A DNA stretch of 63,103 nucleotides, counting the filler, from Octopus bimaculoides (taxonomy: Eukaryota): NCBI RefSeq assembly GCF_001194135.2. It is 7 parts of 5 records of this genome, joined end to end, with 100 filler letters (N's around TTAATTAATTAA, not from the genome) between each part and the next. Parts side by side here need not be neighbours in the genome. Positions count along the whole stretch, not along the records: positions 51,230 to 57,819 come from NC_068983.1; positions 57,920 to 63,103 come from NC_068981.1; 5 more parts are not named here. One strand, written 5' to 3'. This document shows positions 53,760 through 63,103 of the stretch, piece by piece. Below the pieces are notes generated by a model. That model was not told the origin of the DNA and ran no database searches. It saw only the letters and a list, made by a program, of their open reading frames with translations. The translations under genes were made by a program, and so were the position numbers. Within the stretch, counting starts at the first letter, position 1, and the number at the start of each line of letters is the position of its first letter.

Positions 53760-54200
53760 ACCATTTGTTTTTTAATTTGTCGTACATTCTATGGTGGTGT
53801 AATTCTATCCTTTTGAGAGATTGTAGTAAGGGATTTTTATCCCCATCTACGGTACGGAGTTATTTTTGGTGCAGCTTATTTTCATCTTCAAGACGTTTAA
53901 TGATCTGTAGATCGTTTTCATCAAAGCAGTCCCGATGTATTCTGTGTCTGCGACCAAGTATATCAACTGCAACATTTGCAAATGTCGTCTTAAACTGAGC
54001 CCAAGTTCCATTAAATTCCGTTTCTGCAATAGCTTTTCTCAGATTCGCCTTTACCTTAGAGTCCCAACATTTCAACACATCAATACGTTTAGGGACTTTT
54101 ATTCCTCCAGATCGTATTCTATGCATGATGCGAAGTTTTAATTTACCGCGTATGAGCATATGGTCATTTCTACATTCTGCACCTCGCAGTTCTTTCAGAA
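53760..54200 (-). mobile_element. RTE-clade LINE fragment (end of the AP endonuclease and linker)
   Basis: ELRGAECRNDHMLIRGKLKL...HRIHRDCFDENDLQIIKRLEDENKLH resembles RTE/BovB MRGA.C.TDH.L and H.DWFDEND motifs. Confidence 0.75.
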
Positions 54201-54962
54201 ATGCTGCGATGTTACATGAGCCCTCAGCCGCCCACGTGCAGATTCGTGACTATGCGTTCCCAGCCCGTTAAGCTTGCAAATGTCGCCACTATTCCATCAC
54301 CGTGGGACTTGGAGAGATATCTGTACATTTAAATATCAGTGCCACACGCTTGTACAGCACATATAGCATGCACTCCTCCTCCAACATTTTATATCCAGGG
54401 ACAAACCAAAGTAAGATGACAGAGTGATTATGGAGGTCACATGTTTTATTATCCCGGAGTTTAACCACTCAAGTAGTTTTATATCAGTGTGTACTTCTCT
54501 CAGTCCTTGCCCGACCAATGGCTAACTGCAAGACTGCAGTGAAGAATTTGAATTCGGAGTTACCTTATAAGATTGCCTTCCCCACGGCTTTATTAAGCCT
54601 AGGAGCTCCACCTACCACTTTTAACTACACCCGCAAATACACAAAAAACATGTATACGCAATATACATACTTATAATCAAGAATTAAAAATCTAAATAAA
54701 TATATGTATACGCTTACACACACGCCCAAAACTCACCCACTGTTCACTACACCAAGCAAGCATCAAATACGCACCAAATGCAAACCTGGCACAAACATCC
54801 ACAACTCGGCCAGCTGTATACATATGTACATATGATAATTGGATGACCGTTGACCCTTAAGAGTTCTTCTGCCCTTTTACACGACTTGTTTTTAGTTCTA
54901 CAGGGTGCCCAATACATTCCCACCTCACCGAGTGGGATTGTTGGGGAGCCGGTGTAGTCACC

Positions 54963-55011
<49 letters not shown>

Positions 55012-55854
55012 AAAAACGACAAAGTAGAAAATGCTAAAATACTTTTATAAAGAGCATTACAGAACCGTTTTCGATCCTTGAGATCTTTAAAACAGTAAAT
55101 ATGAATAATAGATTTTTGAAAAATAATTGAAAAATTAAATTTTGGTAAATTTAAAAGAAAAGTCTTTTTAAAGACATATTTGTATAGCATTCAAGTAACA
55201 GCNNNNNNNNNNATATATATATATATATATATATATGGAAAAACGACAAAGTAGAAAATGCTAAAATACTTTTATAAAGAGCATTACAGAACCGTTTTCG
55301 ATCCTTGAGATCTTTTCAACAGTAAATATGAATAATAGATTTTTGAAAAATTATTGAAAAATTAAATTTTGGTAAATTTAAAAGAAAAGTCTTTTTAAAG
55401 ACATATTTGTATAGCATTCAAGTAACAGCAGCATTTTTCTTGTTTCTGCCTGTCTCTGTTTCACTTGTTACTTTTTGTGGGTTCGAAGAAGGAGTGCTAT
55501 GATAGAAGCAGTGTTAATTGGTTGGGTGTCCTGGCATTGACCTGTTGATGGTCGTTGTGATCTGTATTGTTTATAATGTTTGCGTGGGTTTTATTCTAGA
55601 CAGCAGTAGTAGTACTAAAGTAAGGGAGGGTCGGTGGAAAGGAAGAAGATGAGGGATGGGGAGAAGGAGAGACATAGTAAAATGCAGGAAACAGTGATAG
55701 TAACTAGTTGAGTGAGTAGTGATTGGGGTTGTTTTTTTAAATTTTTTAAATTTTGTTATAATTCCTTGCGTATCTATTTGGAGTTTATCATTTTTATTAT
55801 TTGTGTATGTGTTTTATTCTAAGGTCGTGGTAGATACGTCATTCGTTGTAGATG

Positions 55855-56278
55855 CGTTCAGAAGGGGTCTGTATTTTATGATGAATAGAGATTCTTTACT
55901 TATTCTTTGGCTGTAGGATGTATCGTCTTTGAATTGGTAGAGGGGAAAGATTCTGAAACTAGGATTTTTATTTTTGGCGCAAATATCGATGTGTTGGCTG
56001 TTTTGGGGAACTTTTATTTGGGATTTGTGCAGAGCCACCCGTTAACGCAGGCTGTTTTTTGTTTGGCCTATGTACTGCTCTTGACACCCAGAGCAGGTTA
56101 GTACGTATATCAGGTTTTCCGAAGTACATGTGAAGTTACGTTTCACTGTGAAATTTTGTCCCTGTTTGAAGGTGAACTCTGATCCCTCAATGAGAATAAT
56201 GCATATTCCGCAGTTGGGTCTACCGCATTTTTTTACTGACGGCTTCAGTGTTTTTGATGAGGGTATTCGGGCTTGTGT
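55855..56278 (-). mobile_element. GIY-YIG endonuclease end of a second Penelope-like element (Neptune-type Cys-rich linker)
   Basis: KCGRPNCGICIILIEGSEFTF...NFTCTSENLIYVLTCSGCQEQYIGQTKNSLR*RVALHKSQI...RISKESLFIIKYRPLLN. One in-frame stop; upstream part lost in an N gap. Confidence 0.88.
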
Positions 56279-56714
56279 NNNNNNNNNNNNNNNNNNNNNN
56301 NNNNNNNNNNNNNNNNNNNNNNNNNNNNNNNNNNNNNNNNNNNNNNNNNNNNNNNNNNNNNNNNNNNNNNNNNNNNNNNNNNNNNNNNNNNNNNNNNNNN
56401 NNNNNNNNNNNNNNNNNNNNNNNNNNNNNNNNNNNNNNNNNNNNNNNNNNNNNNNNNNNNNNNNNNNNNNNNNNNNNNNNNNNNNNNNNNNNNNNNNNNN
56501 NNNNNNNNNNNNNNNNNNNNNNNNNNNNNNNNNNNNNNNNNNNNNNNNNNNNNNNNNNNNNNNNNNNNNNNNNNNNNNNNNNNNNNNNNNNNNNNNNNNN
56601 NNNNNNNNNNNNNNNNNNNNNNNNNNNNNNNNNNNNNNNNNNNNNNNNNNNNNNNNNNNNNNNNNNNNNNNNNNNNNNNNNNNNNNNNNNNNNNNNNNNN
56701 NNNNNNNNNNNNNN

Positions 56715-56746
<32 letters not shown>

Positions 56747-57515
56747 CGACTAGTACAATACATATTTTTATATATATAACGATTAGTACACTGCTAGAAC
56801 TATTGCAAATTGATAATTTCAACTATTATCATAAAATAATGGATAAATGAGTAGCGCAGATTTTGTAAAGTCCCAATATAAACACGTTCAAAAACAAGAT
56901 GAAATGAATAGGAATAGATGTAGCAGAACAAGTATAATACACTGCTTAAAGCATTGAGAAATCTGGAAAACATAATCGAAATTATGAGCAATCAGGCACA
57001 AGCCTGGTAGCAATTAGAACAATATATGGAATCTATGAATCACCTATGTCGACTTATTTGAATGAAGAATCCATTATAGGTCACCAGCATATTTCATATA
57101 TTTGAATTAAACAGGATATATAATAAAGCAGAATTAAACAGAATAAATAATAAAGCAGTAATGTATATCTATTGGAAAATCTAGAAAGAAATAGATTCTA
57201 CAAGCCATTAGCAATATGTCAAATAAACTCAACAAACATCGAACTAATCGGAATGAATACAACCTATAAGTATACAGAGGTGAAAAATTAACACTGGTTG
57301 CATTGTTCTGAATGAAACGTAGTCTCAGCATTTCAATTGACTTACGTCTATTTCTTGTGATTCATGTAAATATATATTTCTCCTTGAAAATTAAAAAGAA
57401 TATATTGCTTTATATGTATTGCTTTATATGGAGATTTGAAAATTGAAATTTCAGTGTTTGGCCCATGGAAAATAAAACATTCTTGTTAATGTTAAGAACC
57501 CGAAGTGGCAAATTG

Positions 57516-57575
<60 letters not shown>

Positions 57576-57593
57576 CCTATCTATCTATCTATC

Positions 57594-57624
<31 letters not shown>

Positions 57625-58359
57625 CAAATAAATTGTAAATGCAAAAATAAAAACAAAAACACAAAGAATTCTGCGGTACACGTGTTTCAAGCTTTATAGT
57701 TGTTACATCAGTGTATAATTGACAATATAAAGCTATATTCAGCCGCAAATGTATGTATTCTCTCCCAAGAATTATATCACATAGGCGTTAAAGGAGGAAG
57801 AAAGATGAGATATAAGAGGNNNNNNNNNNNNNNNNNNNNNNNNNNNNNNNNNNNNNNNNNNNNTTAATTAATTAANNNNNNNNNNNNNNNNNNNNNNNNN
57901 NNNNNNNNNNNNNNNNNNNGAAATGTGTGACTTCTCAGTTTACATTATTATTAGTTTTAGTCAAAATAAAGAAAATAAAACAAAAGATAACAGGCTTAAC
58001 AGTCTTTATATCCACTCCTCACAAAACAAATGCTAAAGCACAAGCTGATAGTGCTCACAATAATGTTGTCATCTACATTTATATATCGACACAGGCAGAC
58101 AGTCTTTTTGTGAAATGAGCTGCCATACACTCCAGAAAGTGAACAAAAAAAAACAATATTTTTTAGGAGAGTATTGTAGTTCGCTTGAAGCATTATGTAT
58201 TGTTTGTAAAGAATAAAAAATTTAGAATGGTACAACAATATTTTTTAGATTGTGCAAATTTAAAATTAAGTGTACTCCACAAATACTCAACAAACTAATC
58301 TATCGTCTGGTTCTCTATACGCCTATATTTCAGTATAACCACAAAACAATCTTAAGGTC

Positions 58360-59575
58360 TCTCATGAGAATCAGCTGAAAAGGTCATAGGCTGATCAAGA
58401 TACTCTCATAGAATGTGACCAAATGAAGATTATTTTTCAACATAGTCTTCTTTATGGCCCACACATTTCTTACATTGGTATTTCAATACAATGTCATCAC
58501 TGGAATACTGATTCTTAGCCAAGTGATTTTTCATGTAGGGAAACAGATGATAGTCTGATGATGTCAAATCAGGAGAATATGGAGGGTGATTAGCCAGTTC
58601 AGTCACAGTCATGCACAGCAGCCATTGAAACCAAGGACTCATGTACTGGTGCATTGTCCTGTTGAAACTAGACCCCCTTTCATCAGTTTTCTTGGGTGTT
58701 TGGTCTTTGTAGCCTTTTGTAACTGCCTCAGCAAGTTGGAACAGTACTCTCCATTTATGGTGTGGCTCTTTTGAAGATAGTCATAAACACAATACCTTTT
58801 GTATCCCAAAAACTGAGTCCATCACCTTCCCTGCAGATAAAGTGACCTTTGCCTTCTTTTGAGCAGGTTAGGAGGGGTGCTTTCCACTGCATAGATTGTC
58901 TCTTTGTCTCTAGCTCAAAGTAATGAACCCAATACTCATCCTAGCTTAGGAAATGTTTAAGGGAACCAGCTGGATCTGCTTCAAACAACAACAGATTTCC
59001 ACATGATGTAGTCAGTCTGGTACACTTTTGATCAGGTGTCAGAAGACATAGCACCCATCGAGCAGAACCTTCATCATGCTAAGTTCATTGTGCAGAAAAT
59101 TCTCGACTCTTTCATGAGATATGCTAATAACATTGGCTATTTGATTTATAGTCAATCACTTGTCATCCATCATCATGTAATGAACATGATCAATGTTTTC
59201 CTCGGTGGTGGAAGTTGCAATACATCTAGACCATGTGTCATCTTCAAGACATTCCCTTCCCATCCTAAATTCAGCTACTGACTTTTGCACTGTTGATGAA
59301 GCTGGAGCATCATCTCCCAATGTAGCAACCATGTCAGCATAAATGTTTTTTCTGGAGGTACTTGATAACAGAACAATGCCAAACTTTGCCAATTTTTAAG
59401 AGAAATCACTACTAGTTACTTTTGAAGTATTCTTTGAACAGTCAAATGTGAGTTTTCCTGGAAAGAAACAATACAGTTACCAATAAGAAGAGTTGAAATG
59501 AATGCTTGCCAGAGTTCAGAACTCTAGCATCACTCCTTCATAGTCAGCCTACGAATATTTCAGCCCCCACCCCCC
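58360..59575 (-). mobile_element. Decayed mariner (Tc1/mariner) DNA transposon
   Basis: N-terminal IYADMVATLGDDAPASSTVQK..AEF..GRECLEDD and C-terminal HPPYSPDL.SSDYHLF motifs. Degenerate termini resemble those of the MITE at 39782-40001. Many stops. Confidence 0.9.
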
Positions 59576-62040
59576 TTGAAATTATTTCTCTTACTGTTAA
59601 CATTAGTTACACAAAAACAGTTTGGACAACATATAGATAGAATATACTTTCACTGCTAAATTACATTTGCTTACTACTGAAAAGGATACTGCTATGTGGT
59701 AGCTTGATCTGCTAGAAATGGCAACTAATACCCCTCGTTTACTAACCTGAATCAAAGCTCGTGAGTTTCCCTACATCCTACATCTGGTATGTGGCTGTTA
59801 CTACACATACAGACATCCTATACTGCATCCCTCAAAAAGGCAATCCAACTGATTGGCATGAAATTGCTAACCTATCTCTGGCCCACTGATAAACTGTATC
59901 CTCATTCATCTGACAGTGGACTCTGTTCTTTACCATTTCCTGATCCTTATTTCACCTTTATTCAGACTTATTTATTTCTCCTTCCATCACCCATATTATC
60001 TGTAGTCTAGTTCTCTATCCACAATATTTTCACACTTTTCCAGTTTTTTCATTTATTTTCAATGTTTTCATTTTTTCACCTTATCCTTCCTGTCTTGTTC
60101 TTAGGTACTTTTAACTTCTTTTGACTTAACTTCCCTTGATTTTTTCAGTTACAATATTTCCTCCTTTCCTTTTGTAACCTCTCCTACATTACCCTGTTAT
60201 CTTTCTTTCTATACTATACCATAACCATGTTGCCTAAGAGACACCAGCACATTATTTAGTCATTACTTCCTCTCCAAAAGTCAGCTTTCTTGAATTCCTT
60301 CTCTGCTCATGTTTCTCTTGCAATCCCTCGCTAAATATTTCTAATCCTTCCCTGCCCTTGTATTTATTGCAGACATTGACCTATACATGTTCATACTGAA
60401 CATCAACCGAATCAATCTCACCAGCCTGGGAAGTATTGCAAACATAATGGACATTTCCAATCCTTGTTTGATTAATATTTAAAAAAACAAAAAAATCTGC
60501 AGAGGATTAAAGCATAGATCTTTGTGTCTTGTCTCAAAGTTAGCAGGCAATTATTTCTAAAAACAAAAAGCAGTAGTTTCTTTTAAATTCATCATTTCTA
60601 AAGAAAAATGATGCAAATGTTATTTCTAAAATTGCTTCACATGTTTGTTTTTCAAGTACAGCACACAGCAAAAACATTCTTGTCACTTCAGATGCTAAGA
60701 TTAACTATCTCCAGTGAGTTTCTGTGGACTTGCAGTTGGGTGGGTAAAATATTGGTGTTGATCAATATGGGGCTGTGTGGTAGGAAGCCTTCTTTAGGCA
60801 ATGTTTCAATGATAGTTTGATAAAAACTGGTTTTGGAAGAAAGAAAGAGGTAAAGAGTATTATAAATATTGGAGCATTGATCAGAGATATAAATGGATGA
60901 TGGTAATAATTGTTGCAAGGGGTGCAGAAAGGCAAAAGATTCAATTTCTGTGTCAGCTACTGGAGGAGTGCCAGGAGGAATGAGAGTTGTGAACAGAGAA
61001 ATCACCAAGAGTGATAACTACAGATAGGAGTGCAGGTCTTACTGTGTGGTTAATATGTTTATTTCATAATCATAGTGTTCTGAGCCCAATCCTATCTGAC
61101 CTATACATGTATATGTGTATATATATGAATATATAGCTTCCATCATAGCCAAAAGCTGACCAGTGTCAGAAGTTGTGTAAATGGGAATTGTACCAAAGCT
61201 TTTATATACAGACATATTTGTATATACATGTGTGTGTGTGTGTTTATACATACATATAGAGGTATAATCATATGTATTTAAGTATATATTGACATGTGCA
61301 AGTGTATATATGCATAAAAGTATACATAGTTGTGGATACATATTATTTTTTGGGGGAATGTTGGATCGTTGAAGCAGATGAACTATAAATAATAGTGAAA
61401 GATTTTGGATAGAAAACCTGAAGGCTATTATTTATAGCCTTATCTGCTTCAAGATCCAACATTCCAAAAAAAGAATTATTTCATGTTCTCTTGACGTTTC
61501 TAAATTCTTACGATTGCAACTGTACACATACATGTAGAAGTTTTATATATACATACATATGTGTGTGTTGAAGGAGGGGTTTTATATACACGCACATCCA
61601 CACGTATATAAATATATAGCAAATTCTTATTTTCGAACTTAATAATTGAAACAAAGATCATGTATATCAACAGAAACTAGTAACAAAAGGGTTAAACATG
61701 AGAAATATTTCTCTCTTTCTTCTATCCCCATTTTTTAGCTATATTAAATCTTGGGACACATTCTAATGTTTCAGTTTTCACTTTGAAATGTGTGATGGTT
61801 GGAGAGAAGGGCATTTGGTCATAGAAAATAAGCCTCAACTTAACACATTCTGTTTGACTTAAGTGACCATGGGAAAGTGAATGTGAGCATGATCATACAC
61901 ACACACATACATGTGTGTATGTGTGTTTCACTATATCTTCGTCCCAACAAAAGCCTTGTGAGTGGGTTTAGTAGACAGAGACTTAAAGAAGTCCCTCGTG
62001 TGTATGTGTATATGTATGTATGTATATTTATGTGTTTGTA

Positions 62041-62101
<61 letters not shown>

Positions 62102-62144
62102 ATATATATAAGTGTAGGTATGTGTATATATGTATATGTATATG

Positions 62145-62206
62145 AAGTGGACAGTTAATGTGCTAGAAAAGAAGTGATCTTTTTCTAGCACATTAACTGT
62201 CGACTT
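62145..62206. repeat. 62-bp foldback hairpin related to the 17849-18025 palindrome
   Basis: AAGTGGACAGTTAATGTGCTAGAAAAG aagtgat CTTTTTCTAGCACATTAACTGTCGACTT. Confidence 0.85.
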
Positions 62207-63048
62207 AAGTGGCCTCTTTTATATACACAAGTATTATAATCCTTGTAGGATCTCAGAAAATTTGTTCTGAACCTTCTGATTCTTTTAATGTGCTGGTTTC
62301 CTGGTATTAAATTGATATTAATTAATATCAAATTTTTTACCCTATTATGTTAATTATATGTATATGTGTATATATATGTACATGTGTGTATTTGTGTATA
62401 TATATATGCATATTTGTATATATATATATGTATAATTGTGTGTATGTATATGTATATATATATGTATGTATATATATATATATGTATATATATATGTATG
62501 TATATGTATGTATATATCTATGTATATATATATATATGTATATGTATGTGTATATATATATGTATATATCTATATATATGTGTATGTGTGTGTATATATA
62601 TATGTATGTGTATATATATATATATACATGTGTGTATATATGTGTGTATATATATATGTATGTGTGTATATATATGTCGTTGTTGTTTAATGTCCGCTTT
62701 CCATGCTAGCATGGGTTGGACGATTTGACTGAGGACTGGTCAACCAGATGGCTACACTAGGCCCCAATCTGATTTGACAGAGTTTCTACAGCTGGATGCC
62801 CTTCCTAACACCAACCACTCAGAGAGTGTAGTGGGTGCTTTTACGTGTCACCCGCACGAAGGCCAGTCAGGTGGTACTGGCAACAGCCACGCTGAAAATG
62901 GTGTATTTTACGTGCCTGTCCATGATGGCATATGTATTTATATACGTGTATATATACATATATATATATGCATATATGTATATATGTATATATATATATG
63001 CATATATGTATATATATATGTATGTATATATATATATGTATATGTATA

Positions 63049-63103
<55 letters not shown>

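Noticed and set aside
54965-55428. Near-identical ~230-bp direct duplication
   Set aside because: The copies flank a 10-N gap and differ at only a few bases; most likely an unmerged contig or haplotype overlap. The same pattern appears at 25540-25570.

Overview
AT-rich, microsatellite-saturated, gappy eukaryotic genomic DNA. The SINE/MITE repertoire matches what I recognise from coleoid cephalopods, most likely Octopus; this is pattern recognition, not a database result. Almost all ORFs in the supplied track are microsatellite or N-gap artefacts. One host gene is well supported: a + strand rolling stone (Rost)-like multi-pass membrane protein, with two spliced exons at 21273-21401 and 23998-24476; its 5' exons are not confidently located. 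The rest is transposon debris: several tRNA-headed SINE families, an (ATG)n-tailed repeat family, two RTE LINE fragments, two Penelope-like elements (one RT+GIY-YIG, one Cys-rich GIY-YIG), the 3' end of an R4/Dong-like element in an (AAT)n tract, a decayed mariner plus a MITE with similar ends, and TTAA-flanked MITEs. Six 100-bp spacers (44 N + TTAATTAATTAA + 44 N) are artificial scaffold joins, so adjacency across them is unproven. Best leads: (1) a tRNA-head + (AAT)n + minimal hammerhead-ribozyme module, present both at the 3' end of a Penelope element and as a solo copy; (2) related foldback palindromes each following a truncated CORE-SINE; (3) an isolated pre-miRNA-like hairpin at 35864-35945; (4) a decayed ~215-bp tandem repeat with a protein-like antisense translation.
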